Part shown: positions 12,884 through 27,800 of the stretch, piece by piece
Numbering within the stretch: the first letter of the stretch is position 1
Layout: every line of letters starts with the position of its first letter
Origin: Eledone cirrhosa
Taxonomy: Eukaryota
Direction: 5' to 3'
DNA length: 64,000 bases
Assembly (NCBI GenBank): GCA_964016885.1
Contig: OZ024744.1
Location: 115,940,001-116,004,000, forward strand
Notes under the pieces: generated by a model
What the model saw: the letters and a program-made list of their open reading frames with translations, nothing else
Databases searched by the model: none
What the model was told of the DNA's origin: nothing
Position numbers and translations under genes: made by a program

Positions 12884-15570
12884 ATATATATATAATGTCT
12901 CTCATATCTTGTCTCTGTCTCTCTATATATATATAATGTCTCTCATATCTTGTCTCTCTCTCTATATATATGTAATGTCTCTCATATCTTGTCTCTCTCT
13001 CTATATATATAATGTCTCTCATATCTTGTCTCTCTCTCTATATGTATATAATGTCTCTCATATCTTGTCTCTCTCTCCCTATATATATAATGTCTCTCAT
13101 ATCTTGTCTCTCTCTCTATATATATATAATGTCTCTCAAATCTTGTCTCTCTCTCTCTATATATAATGTCTCTCATATCTTATCTCTCTCTCTATATATA
13201 TAATGTCTCTCATATCTTGTCTCTCTCTCTATATATATATAATGTCTCTCATATCTTGTCTCTCACTCTCTATATATAATGTCTCACATATCTTGTCCCT
13301 CTCTCTCTATATATATAATGTCTCTCATATCTTGTCTCTCTCCGTCTCTCTATATAATGTCTCTCATATCTTGTCTCTCTCTCTCTATATATATATATAT
13401 AATGTCTCTCATATCTTGTCTCTCTCTCTATATATATAATGTCTCTCATATCTTGACTCCCTCTCTATATACATATAATGTCTCTCATATCTTGTCTCTC
13501 TATCTATATATATAATGTCTCTCATATCTTGCCTCTCTCTCTCTCTATATATATAAAATCTCTCTCATATCTTGTCTCTCTCTCTATATATATATATAAT
13601 GTCTCTCATATCTTGTCTCTCTCTCTCTATATATATAATGTCTCTCATATCTTGTCTCTCTCTCTATATATATATAATGTCTCTCATATCTTGTCTCTCA
13701 CTCTCTATATATAATGTCTCACATATCTTGTCCCTCTCTCTCTATATATATAATGTCTCTCATATCTTGTCTCTCTCCATCTCTCTATATAATGTCTCTC
13801 ATATCTTGTCTCTCTCTCTCTATATATATATAATGTCTCTCATATCTTGTCTCTCTCTCTATATATATAATGTCTCTCATATCTTGACTCTCTCTCTATA
13901 TACATATAATGTCTCTCATATCTTGTCTCTCTCTCTATATATATAATGTCTCTCATATCTTGCCTCTCTCTCTCTATATATATATAAAATGTCTCTCATA
14001 TCTTGTCTCTCTCTCTATATATATATAATGTCTCTCATATCTTGTCTCTCTCTCTATATATATATAATGTCTCTCATATCTTGCCCCTCTCTCTCTATAA
14101 ATAATGTTTCTCATATATTGTCCCTCTCTCTCTCTATATATATAATGTCTCTCATATCTTGTCTCTCTCTATATATATATAATGTCTCTCATATCTTGTC
14201 TCTCTCTCTATATATATATAATGTCTCTCATATCTTGTCTCTCTCTATATATATACAATGTCTCTCATATCTTGTCTCTCTCTCTATATATACAATGTCT
14301 CTCATATCTTGTCTCTCTCTCTATATATATAATGTCTCTCATATCTTGTCTCTCTCTCTATATATATATAATGTCTCTCATATCTTGTCTCTCTCTCTAT
14401 ATATATAATGTCTCTCATATCTTGTCTCTCTCTCTATATATATAATCTCTATCATATCTTGTCTCTCTCTCTCTCTATATATAATGTCTCTCATATTTTG
14501 TCTCTCTCTCTATATATATATAATGTCTCTCATATCTTGTCCCTCTCTCTCTATATATAATGTCTCTCATATCTTGTCTCTCTCTCTCTATATATAATGT
14601 CTCTCATATCTTGTCTCTCTCTCTATATATATAATGTCTCTCATATCTTATCTCTCTCTCTATATATAAAATGCCTCTCATATCTTGTCTCTCTCTCTCT
14701 ATATATATATAATGTCTCTCATATCTTGTCTCTCTCTCTCTATATATATAATGTCACTCATATCTTGTATCTATCTCTATGTATATAATGTCTCTCTCTA
14801 TATATATAATGTCTCTCATATCTTGTCTCTCTCTCTATATATATATAATGTCTCTCATATCTTGTCTCTCTCTCTATATATATATATAATGTCTCTCATA
14901 TGTTGTCTCTCTCTCTCTATATATATAATGTCTCTCATATCTTGTCTCTCTCTCTCTCTATCTATATATAATGTCTCTCATATCTTGTCTCTCTCTCTAT
15001 AAATATAATGTCTCTCATATCTTGTCTCTCTCTATATATATAATGTCTCTCATATCTTGTCTCTCTCTCTATATATATATAATGTCTCTCATATCTTGTC
15101 TCTCTCTCTATATATATACAATGTCTCTCATATCTTGTCTCTCTCTCTATATATACAATGTCTCTCATATCTTGTCTCTCTCTCTATATATATAATGTCT
15201 CTCATATCTTGTCTCTCTCTCTCTATATATATAATGTCTCTCATATCTTGTCTCTCTCTCTATATATATAATGTCTCTCATATCTTGTCTCTCTCTCTCT
15301 ATATATAATGTCTATCATATCTTGTCTCTCTCTCTCTCTATATATAATGTCTGTCATATCTTGTCTCTCTCTCTATATATATATAATCTCTCTCATATCT
15401 TGTCTCTCTCTCTATATACAATGTCTTTCATATCTTGTCTCTCTCTCTATATATATATATAATGTCTCTCATATCTTGTCTCTCTCTCTATATATATATA
15501 ATGTCTCTCATATCTTGTCTCTCTCTCTATATAGATAATGTCTCTCATATCTTATCTCTCTCTCTATATA
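12884..15570. repeat. Satellite array segment 3
   Basis: Same monomer and same orientation. Confidence 0.98.
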
Positions 15571-16492
15571 AAATAATAATGAAATTATTGTGTACAGTGC
15601 TCAGGTGCACTACAACTCATCAAAGGTGCATGTATAGTACATAGAATAATGTACAAATGTCAGGAAAATAAACAGTGTATGAGTCATGATATAATAACAA
15701 TAACAATAATGAAATATTGTGCACAGTGCCCAGGTGCACCACAACCCATCAAAAAAGTGCATGTACAGTACATAGGGCAATGCACAAACATCAGTAAAAT
15801 GAACAGTGCACACATGTGTGCATGTGTATGGAAGGGGCACATCAGGTGTAGTTTTGGCGTATTTCGGGAAGCATGAGTGTCTTAAAGGATGCAGTGTCTC
15901 GGCAGCTAACAATTGACGCAGGCAGTTTGTTCCATGTTTCAGCAACTTTGAGCGTGAAAAAATGTCTGCGAAAGTCATGGGAGCTGTGCTGTTTTCTTAT
16001 CTTGTAGGCATGTCCACGTGTGTTAGACACATGGAGATCAAAGAGGCGCTCAGGGTTGCAGTTGGCGAGATGGTTAAAAACTTTGTGGGTATTCACCAAG
16101 TCCACTGCCAGACATCGGAGCTTCAATGAATCCATGCCCAGGGAAGCAAGGCGTTCAGAGTATGGTAGGTGTCTGATGGAGGGTATGCGCTTGGTTGCAC
16201 GTCTCTGAACAGTTTCCAGGAGGTCAATGTTCCGAGCAAGATAGGGGTTCCAGACTGATGATGCGAATTCCAAGTGTGGTCGCACCATAGCTGTATACAG
16301 TTTTAAATAGATGGCTGGAGAGCGGCTAACAAAGGTCTTGCTGAGTGATGCCAAGACACCCTCGGCCTTCTTGACAATCTTAGAGACATGCTTTGTCCAA
16401 CGCAAATCGTTGCTGACAGAAATGCCTAGGTCACGTTCACAAGAGTACTTTTTGATGTCAGTGTTGTGGAGGGAGTATGTGGACGCTGGATT
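15571..16492 (-). mobile_element. 5'-truncated CR1-clade LINE fragment, copy 3
   Basis: Same junctions; 3609 bp after copy 2; one difference from copy 2 seen (agacgtcgg to agacatcgg). Confidence 0.93.
15842..16492 (-). pseudogene. Truncated CR1 ORF2 C-terminal fragment, copy 3
   Basis: Same open frame; LRCLAVDL variant. Confidence 0.9.
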
Positions 16493-19400
16493 ATATATAT
16501 ATAATGTCTCTCATATCTTGTCTCTGTCTCTCTATATATATATAATGTCTCTCATATCTTGTCTCTCTCTCTATATATATGTAATGTCTCTCATATCTTG
16601 TCTCTCTCTCTATATATATAATGTCTCTCATATCTTGTCTCTCTCTCTATATGTATATAATGTCTCTCATATCTTGTCTCTCTCTCCCTATATATATAAT
16701 GTCTCTCATATCTTGTCTCTCTCTCTATATATATATAATGTCTCTCAAATCTTGTCTCTCTCTCTCTATATATAATGTCTCTCATATCTTATCTCTCTCT
16801 CTATATATATAATGTCTCTCATATCTTGTCTCTCTCTCTATATATATATAATGTCTCTCATATCTTGTCTCTCACTCTCTATATATAATGTCTCACATAT
16901 CTTGTCCCTCTCTCTCTATATATATAATGTCTCTCATATCTTGTCTCTCTCCGTCTCTCTATATAATGTCTCTCATATCTTGTCTCTCTCTCTCTATATA
17001 TATATATATAATGTCTCTCATATCTTGTCTCTCTCTCTATATATATAATGTCTCTCATATCTTGACTCTCTCTCTATATACATATAATGTCTCTCATATC
17101 TTGTCTCTCTATCTATATATATAATGTCTCTCATATCTTGCCTCTCTCTCTCTCTATATATATAAAATCTCTCTCATATCTTGTCTCTCTCTCTATATAT
17201 ATATATAATGTCTCTCATATCTTGTCTCTCTCTCTCTATATATATAATGTCTCTCATATCTTGCCCCTCTCTCTCTATAAATAATGTTTCTCATATATTG
17301 TCCCTCTCTCTCTCTATATATATAATGTCTCTCATATCTTGTCTCTCTGTCTATATATATAATGTCTCTCATATCTTGTCTCTCTCTCTATATATATATA
17401 TAATGTCTCTCATATCTTGTCTCTCTCTCTCTCTATATATATATAATGTCTCTCATATCTTGTCTCACTCTCTATATATATATAATGTCTATCATATCTT
17501 GTCTCTCTCTCTATATATATATATAATGTCTCTCATATCTTGTCTCTCTCTCTCTATATATATAATGTCTCTCATATCTTGTCTCTTTCTCTATATATAT
17601 AATGTCTCTCATATCTTATCTCTCTCTCTCTATATATATAAAATGCCTCTCATATCTTGTCTCTCTCTCTCTCTATATATATAATGTCTCTCATATCTTG
17701 TCTCTCTGTCTATATATATAATGTCTCTCATATCTTGTCTCTCTCTCTATATATATATATAATGTCTCTCATATCTTGTCTCTCTCTCTCTCTATATATA
17801 TATAATGTCTCTCATATCTTGTCTCACTCTCTATATATATATAATGTCTATCATATCTTGTCTCTCTCTCTATATATATATATAATGTCTCTCATATCTT
17901 GTCTCTCTCTCTCTATATATATATAATGTCTCTCATATCTTGTCTCTCTCTCTATATATATATTATGTCTCTCATATCTTGTCTCTCTCTCTCTATATAT
18001 ATATAATGTCTCTCATATCTTGTCTCTCTCTCTATATATACAATGTCTCTCATATCCTGTCTCTCTCTCTATATATATATAATGTCTCTCATATCTTGTC
18101 TCTCTCTCTCTATATATATAATGTCTCTCATATCTTGTCTCTCTCTATATATATAATGTCACTCATATCTTGTATCTATCTCTATGTATATAATGTCTCT
18201 CTCTATATATATAATGTCTCTCATATCTTGTCTCTCTCTCTATATATATATAATGTCTCTCATATCTTGTCTCTCTCTATATATATATAATGTCTCTCAT
18301 ATCTTGTCTCTCTCTCTATATATATATAATGTCTCTCATATCTTGTCTCTCTCTATATATATAATGTCTCTCATATCTTGTCACTCTCTCTCTATATATA
18401 TAATGTCTCTCATATCTTGTCTCTCTCTATATATATAATGTCTCTCATATCTTGTCTCTCTCTCTCTCTCTATATATAATGTCTCTCATATCTTGTCTCT
18501 CTCTCTATATATACAATGTCTCTCATATCTTGTCTCTTTCTCTCTATATATATAATGTCTCTCATATCTTGTCTCTCTCTCTCTATATATATAATGTCTC
18601 TCATATCTTGTCTCTCTCTCTATATATATAATGTCTCTCATATCTTATCTCTCTCTCTATATATATATAAAGTCTCTCATATCTTGTCTCTCTCTCTATA
18701 TATAATGTCTCTCATATCTTGTGTCTCTCTCTCTCTATATATATATAATGTCTCTCATATCTTGTCTCTCTCTCTATATATATAATGTCTCTCATATCTT
18801 GTCTCTCTCCCTCTCTATATATAATGTCTCTCATATCTTGTCTCTCTCTCTATATATATATAATGTCTGTCATATCTTGTATCTCTCTCTATATATATAA
18901 TGTTTCTCATATCTTGTCTCTCTCTATATATATATAATGTCTCTCATATCTTGTCTCTCTCTATATATATAATGTCTCTCATATCTTGTCTCTCTCTCTA
19001 TATATATAATGTCTCTCATATCTTGTCTCTCTCTCTCTATATATATAATGTCTCTCATATCTTGTCTCTCTGTCTCTCTCTATATATAATGTCTCTCATA
19101 TCTTGTCCCTCTCTCTATATATATACAAAGTCTCTCATATCTTGTCTCTGTCTCTATATACAATGTCTCTCATATATTGTCTCTCTCTCTCTATATATAA
19201 TGTCTCTCATATCTTGTCTCTCTCTCTATATATATATATAATGTCTCTCATATCTTGTCTCTCTCTCTATATATATAATGTCTCTCATATCTTATCTCTC
19301 TCTCTCTATATATATATAATGTCTCTCATATCTTGTCTCTCTATATATATATAATGTCTCTCATATCTTGTCTCTCTCTCTCTATATATATATGTAATGT

Positions 19401-21859
19401 CTCTCATATCTTGTCTCTCTCTCTATATATATAATGTCTCTCATATCTTGTCTCTCTCTCTATATGTATATAATGTCTCTCATAACTTGTCTCTCTCTCT
19501 CTATATATATAATGTCTCTCATATCTTGTCTCTCTCTCTATATATATATAATGTCTCTCATATCTTGTCTCTCTCTCTCTATATATATAATTTCTCTCAT
19601 ATCTTATCTCTCTCTCTATATATATAATGTCTCTCATATCTTGTCTCTCTCTCTCTCTATATATATAATGTCTCTCATATCTTGTCTCTCTCTCTATATG
19701 TATATAATGTCTCTCATATCTTGTCCCTCTCTCTCTATATATATAATGTCTCTCAAATCTTGTCTCTCTCTCTATATATATATATAATGTCTCTCATATC
19801 TTGTCTCTCTCTCTATATATATAATGTCTCTCATATCTTGTCTCTCTCTCTATATACATATAATGTCTCTCATATCTTGTCTCTCTCTCTATATATATAA
19901 TGTCTCTCATATCTTGTCTCTCTCTCTATATGTATATATAATGTCTCTCATATCTTGTCTTTCTCTCTATATATATAATGTCTCTCATATCTTATCTCTC
20001 TCTCTCTATATATATAAAATGCCTCTCATATCTTGTCTCTCTCTCTCTATATATATATAATGTCTCTCATATCTTGTCTCTCTGTCTATATATATAATGT
20101 CTCCCATATCTTGTCTCTCTCTCTATATATATATAATGTCTCCATATCTTGTCCCTCTCTCTCTATAAATAATGTTTCTCATATCTTGTCCCTCTCTCTC
20201 TATATATATATATAATGTCTCTCATATCTTGTCTCTCTCTCTATATATATAATGTCTCTCATATCTTGTCTCTCTCTCTATATGTATATATAATGTCTCT
20301 CATATCTTGTCTTTCTCTCTATATATATAATGTCTCTCATATCTTATCTCTCTCTCTCTATATATATAAAATGCCTCTCATATCTTGTCTCTCTCTCTCT
20401 ATATATATATAATGTCTCTCATATCTTGTCTCTCTGTCTATATATATAATGTCTCTCATATCTTGTCTCTCTCTCTCTATATATATATAATGTCTCTCAT
20501 ATCTTGTCTCTCTCTCTCTATATATACAATGTCTCTCATATCTTGTCTCTCTCTCTATATATATATAATGTCTCTCATATCTTGTCTCTCTCTATATATA
20601 ATGTCTCTCATATCTTGTCGCTCTCTCTCTATATATATAATGTCTCTCATATCTTGTCTCTCTCTCTATATATATAATGTCTCTCATATCTTGTCTCTCT
20701 CTCTCTATATATATAATGTCTCTCATATCTTGTCTCTCTCTCTCTATATATATAATGTCTCTCATATCTTGTCTCTCTCTCTATATATATAATGTCTCTC
20801 ATATCTTATCTCTCTCTCTCTATATATATAAAGTCTCTCATATCTTGTCTCTCTCTCTATATATAATGTCTCTCATATCTTGTCTCTCTCTCTCTCTATA
20901 TATATATAATGTCTCTCATATCTTGTCTCTCTCTCTATATATATAATGTCTCTCATATCTTGTCTCTCTCTATATATATATAATGTCTCTCATATCTTGT
21001 CTCTCTCTATATATATAATGTCTCTCATATCTTGTCTCTCTCTCTCTATATATATAATGTCTCTCATATCTCGTCTCTCTCTCTATATATATATATAATG
21101 TCTCTCATATCTTGTCTCTCTCTCTCTATATATATATAATGTCTCTCATAGCCTGTCTCTCTCTCTATATATATATAATGTCTCTCATATATTGTCTCTC
21201 TCTCTATATATATAATGTCTCTCATAACTTGTCTCACTGTCTCTCTCTATATATAATGTCTCTCATAACTTGTCTCTCTCCTTATATATATAATGTCTCT
21301 CATATCTTGTCTCTCTCTCTATATATATAATGTCTCTCATATCTTGTCTCTCTCTCTATATATATAATGTCTATCATATCTTGTCTCTCTCTCTCTATAT
21401 ATATAATGTCCCTCATATCTTGTCTCTCTCTCTATATATATATAATGTCTCTCATATCTTGTCTCTCTCTCTATATATATAATGTCTCTCGTATCTTGGC
21501 TCTCTCTCTATATATATAATGTCTCTCATATCTTGTCTCTCTCTATATATATAATGTCTCTCATATCTTGTCTCTCTCTCTATATATATAATGTCTCTCA
21601 TATCTTGTCTCTCTCTCTCTATATATAATGTCTCTCATATCTTGTCTCTCTCTCTATATATATAATGTCTCTCATATCTTGTCTCTCTCTCTCTATATAT
21701 AATGTCTCTCATATCTTGTCACTCTCTCTATATATATATAATGTCTCTCATATCTTGTGTCTCTCTCTCTCTCTATATATATAATGTCTCTCATATCTTG
21801 TCTCTCTCTCTCTATATATATAATGTCTCTCATATCTTGTCTCTCTGTCTCTCTCTATA

Positions 21860-24800
21860 TATAATGTCTCTCATATCTTGTCTCTCTCTCTATATATATA
21901 TATAAAGTCTCTCATATCTTGTCTCTCTCTCTATATATATATATAATGTCTCTCATATCTTGTCCCTCTCTCTCTATAAATAATGTTTCTCATATCTTGT
22001 CTCTCTCTCTCTATATATATAATTTCTCTCATATCTTATCTCTCTCTCTATATATATAATGTCTCTCATATCTTGTCTCTCTCTCTCTATATATATATAA
22101 TGTCTCTCATATCTTGTCTCTCTCTCTATATGTATATAATGTCTCTCATATCTTGTCCCTCTCTCTCTATATATATAATGTCTCTCAAATCTTGTCTCTC
22201 TCCCTCTCTTTCTATATAATGTCTCTCATATCTTGTCTCTCTCTCTCTCTATATATATAATGTCTCTCATATCTTGTCTCTCTCTCTCTATATATATAAT
22301 GTCTCTCATATCTTGTCTCTCTCTCTATATACATATAATGTCTCTCATATCTTGTCTCTCTCTCTATATATATAATGTCTCTCATATCTTGTCTCTCTCT
22401 CTCTATATATATATATAATGTCTCTCATATCTTGTCTCTCTCTCTCTATATATATAATGTCTCTCATATCTTGTCCCTCTCTCTCTATAAATAATGTTTC
22501 TCATATCTTCTCCCTCTTTCTCTATATATATATATAATGTCTCTCATATCTTGTCTCTCTCTCTATATATATAATGTCTCTCATATCTTGTCTCTCTCTC
22601 TATATATATATATAATGTCTCTCATATCTTGTCTTTCTCTCTATATATATAAAGTCTCTCATATCTTATCTCTCTCGCACTATATATATAAAATGCCTCT
22701 CATATCTTGTCTCTCTCTCTCTATATATATATAATGTCTCTCATATCTTGTCTCTCTGTCTATATATATAATGTCTCTCATATCTTGTCTCTCTCTCTAT
22801 ATATATATATAATGTCTCTCATATCTTGTCTCTCTCTCTATATATATACAATGTCTCTCATATCTTGTCTCTCTCTCTATATATATATAATGTCTCTCAT
22901 ATCTTGTCTCTCTCTATATATAATGTCTCTCATATCTTGTCGCTCTCTCTCTATATATATAATGTCTCTCATATCTTGTCTCTCTCTATATATATATAAT
23001 GTCTCTCATATCTTGTCTCTCTCTCTCTATATATATAATGTCTCTCATATCTTGTCTCTCTCTATATATATAATGTCTCTCATATCTTGTCACTCTCTCT
23101 CTATATATATAATGTCTCTCATATCTTGTCTCTCTCTCTATATATATATATAATGTCTCTCATATCTTGTCTCTCTCTCTATATATACAATGTCTCTCAT
23201 ATCTTGTCTCTCTCTCTATATATATATAATGTCTCTCATATCTTGTCTCTCTCTCTATATATATATAATGTCTCTCATATCTTGTCTCTCTCTCTATATA
23301 TATAATGTCTCTCATATCTTATCTCTCTCTCTATATATATATAAAGTCTCTCATATCTTGTCTCTCTCTCTATATATAATGTCTCTCATATCTTGTCTCT
23401 CTCTCTCTCTATATATATATAATGTCTCTCATATCTTGTCTCTCTCTCTCTATATATAATGTCTCTCATATCTTGTCTCTCTCTATATATATATAATGTC
23501 TCTCATATCTTGTCTCTCTCTATATATATAATGTCTCTCATATCTTGTCTCTCTCTCTATATATATATAATGTCTCTCATATCTCGTCTCTCTCTCTCTC
23601 TATATATATAATGTCTCTCATATCTTGTCTCTCTCTCTCTATATATATATAATGTCTCTCATAGCCTGTCTCTCTCTCTCTATATATATAATGTCTCTCA
23701 TATATTGTCTCTCTCTCTATATATATAATGTCTCTCATAACTTGTCTCACTGTCTCTCTCTATATATAATGTCTCTCATAACTTGTCTCTCTCCTTATAT
23801 ATATAATGTCTCTCATATCTTGTCTCTCTTTCTATATATATAATGTCTCTCATATGTTGTCTCTCTCTATATATATAATGTCTATCATATCTTGTCTCTC
23901 TCTCTCTATATATATAATGTCCCTCATATCTTGTCTCTCTCTCTCTATATATATAATGTCTCTCATATCTTGTCTCTCTCTCTATATATATAATGTCTCT
24001 CGTATCTTGGCTCTCTCTCTATATATATAATGTCTCTCATATCTTGTCTCTCTCTATATATATAATGTCTCTCATATCTTGTCTCTCTCTCTATATATAT
24101 AATGTCTCTCATATCTTGTCTCTCTCTCTCTATATATATAATGTCTCTCATATCTTGTCTCTCTGTCTCTCTCTATATATAATGTCTCTCATATCTTGTC
24201 TCTCTCTCTCTATATATATATAAAGTCTCTCATATCTTGTCTCTCTCTCTCTCTATATATATAATGTCTCTCATATCTTGTCCCTCTCTCTCCATAAATA
24301 ATGTTTCTCATATCTTGTCTCTCTCTCTATATATATATAATGTCTCTCATATCTTGTCTCTCTCTCTATATATATAATGTCTCTCATATCTTGTCTCTCT
24401 CTCTCTCTATATATATAATGTCTCTCATATCTTGTCTCTCTCTCTCTATATATATAAAATGCCTCTCATATCTTGTCTCTCTCTCTCTATATATATATAA
24501 TGTCTCTCATATCTTGTCTCTCTGTCTCTATATATAATGTCTCTCAAATCTTGTCTCTCTCTCTCTCTATATATATAATGTCTCTCATATCTTGTCTCTC
24601 TCTCTCTATATATATAATGTCTCTCATATCTTGTCTCACTCTCTATATATATATAATGTCTCTCATATCTTGTCTCTCTCTCTCTATATATATATAATGT
24701 CTCTCATATCTTGTCTCTCTCTCTCTCTATATATATAATGTCTCTCATATCTTGTCTCTCTCTCTATATATATATTATGTCTCTCATATCTTGTCTCTCT

Positions 24801-27800
24801 CTATATATATAATGTCTCTCATATCTTGTCTCTCTCTCTCTATATATATAATGTCTCTCATATCTTGTCTCTCTCTCTATATATACAATGTCTCTCATAT
24901 CTTGTCTCTCTCTCTATATATATATAATGTCTCTCATATCTTGTCTCTCTCTATATATATAATGTCTCTCATATCTTGTCGCTCTCTCTCTATATATATA
25001 ATGTCTCTCATATCTTGTCTCTCTCTATATATATAATGTCTCTCATATCATGTCACTCTCTCTCTATATATATAATGTCTCTCATATCTTGTCTCTCTCT
25101 CTCTCTATATATATAATGTCTCTCATATCTTCTCTCTCTCTCTATATATACAATGTCTGTCATATCTTGTCTCTTTCTATCTATATATATAATGTCTCTC
25201 ATATCTTGTCTCTCTCTCTATATATATATAATGTCTCTCATATCTTGTGTCTCTCTCTCTATATATATATATAATGTCTCTCATATCTTGTCTCTCTCTC
25301 TCTATATATATAATGTCTCTCATATCTTGTCTCTCTCTCTATATATATATAATGTCTCTCATATCTTGTCTCTCTCTATATATATATAATGTCTCTCATA
25401 TCTTGTCTCTCTCTCTATATATATAATGTCTCTCATATCTTGTCTCTCTCTCTATATATATATAATGTCTCTCATATCTTGTCTCTCTGTCTCTCTCTAT
25501 ATATAATGTCTCTCATATCTTGTCTCTCTCTCTCTATATATATATAAAGTCTCTCATATCTTGTCTCTCTCTCTATATACAATGTCTCTCATATCTTGTC
25601 CCTCTCTCTCTATATATATATAATGTCTCTCATATCTTATCTCTCTCTCTCTCTATATATAAAATGCCTCTCATATCTTGTCTCTCTCTCTCTCTCTATA
25701 TATAATGTCTCTCAAATCTTGTCTCACTCTCTCTATATATATAATGTCTCTCATATCTTGTCTCTCTCTCTATATATATATATAAAGTCTCTCATATCTT
25801 GTCTCTCTCTCTATATATATATATAATGTCTCTCATATCTTGTCCCTCTCTCTCTATAAATAATGTTTCTCATATCTTGTCTCTCTCTCTCTATATATAT
25901 AATTTCTCTCATATCTTATCTCTCTCTCTATATATATAATGTCTCTCATATCTTGTCTCTCTCTCTCTATATATATATAATGTCTCTCATATCTTGTCTC
26001 TCTCTCTATATGTATATAATGTCTCTCATATCTTGTCCCTCTCTCTCTATATATATAATGTCTCTCAAATCTTGTCTCTCTCCCTCTCTCTCTATATAAT
26101 GTCTCTCATATCTTGTCTCTCTCTCTCTCTATATATATAATGTCTCTCATATCTTGTCTCTCTCTCTCTATATATATAATGTCTCTCATATCTTGTCTCT
26201 CTCTCTATATACATATAATGTCTCTCATATCTTGTCTCTCTCTCTATATATATAATGTCTCTCATATCTTGTCTCTCTCTCTCTATATATATATATAATG
26301 TCTCTCATATCTTGTCTCTCTCTCTCTATATATATAATGTCTCTCATATCTTGTCCCTCTCTCTCTATAAATAATGTTTCTCATATCTTCTCCCTCTTTC
26401 TCTATATATATATATAATGTCTCTCATATCTTGTCTCTCTCTCTATATATATAATGTCTCTCATATCTTGTCTCTCTCTCTATATATATATATAATGTCT
26501 CTCATATCTTGTCTTTCTCTCTATATATATAAAGTCTCTCATATCTTATCTCTCTCGCACTATATATATAAAATGCCTCTCATATCTTGTCTCTCTCTCT
26601 CTATATATATATAATGTCTCTCATATCTTGTCTCTCTGTCTATATATATAATGTCTCTCATATCTTGTCTCTCTCTCTATATATATATATAATGTCTCTC
26701 ATATCTTGTCTCTCTCTCTATATATATACAATGTCTCTCATATCTTGTCTCTCTCTCTATATATATATAATGTCTCTCATATCTTGTCTCTCTCTATATA
26801 TAATGTCTCTCATATCTTGTCGCTCTCTCTCTATATATATAATGTCTCTCATATCTTGTCTCTCTCTATATATATATAATGTCTCTCATATCTTGTCTCT
26901 CTCTCTCTATATATATAATGTCTCTCATATCTTGTCTCTCTCTATATATATAATGTCTCTCATATCTTGTCACTCTCTCTCTATATATATAATGTCTCTC
27001 ATATCTTGTCTCTCTCTCTATATATATATATAATGTCTCTCATATCTTGTCTCTCTCTCTATATATACAATGTCTCTCATATCTTGTCTCTCTCTCTATA
27101 TATATATAATGTCTCTCATATCTTGTCTCTCTCTCTATATATATATAATGTCTCTCATATCTTGTCTCTCTCTCTATATATATAATGTCTCTCATATCTT
27201 ATCTCTCTCTCTATATATATATAAAGTCTCTCATATCTTGTCTCTCTCTCTATATATAATGTCTCTCATATCTTGTCTCTCTCTCTCTCTATATATATAT
27301 AATGTCTCTCATATCTTGTCTCTCTCTCTCTATATATAATGTCTCTCATATCTTGTCTCTCTCTATATATATATAATGTCTCTCATATCTTGTCTCTCTC
27401 TATATATATAATGTCTCTCATATCTTGTCTCTCTCTCTATATATATATAATGTCTCTCATATCTCGTCTCTCTCTCTCTCTATATATATAATGTCTCTCA
27501 TATCTTGTCTCTCTCTCTCTATATATATATAATGTCTCTCATAGCCTGTCTCTCTCTCTCTATATATATAATGTCTCTCATATATTGTCTCTCTCTCTAT
27601 ATATATAATGTCTCTCATAACTTGTCTCACTGTCTCTCTCTATATATAATGTCTCTCATAACTTGTCTCTCTCCTTATATATATAATGTCTCTCATATCT
27701 TGTCTCTCTTTCTATATATATAATGTCTCTCATATGTTGTCTCTCTCTATATATATAATGTCTATCATATCTTGTCTCTCTCTCTCTATATATATAATGT

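Larger units (their letters stand above)
10029..17262. repeat. Near-identical tandem duplication, period 3609 bp, each unit containing one LINE copy
   Basis: Constant 3609 offset: ORFs 10380/13989, 10573/14182, 11076/14685, 12233/15842 and 13478/17087. The match breaks before ~10029 and at ~17264. Confidence 0.88.
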
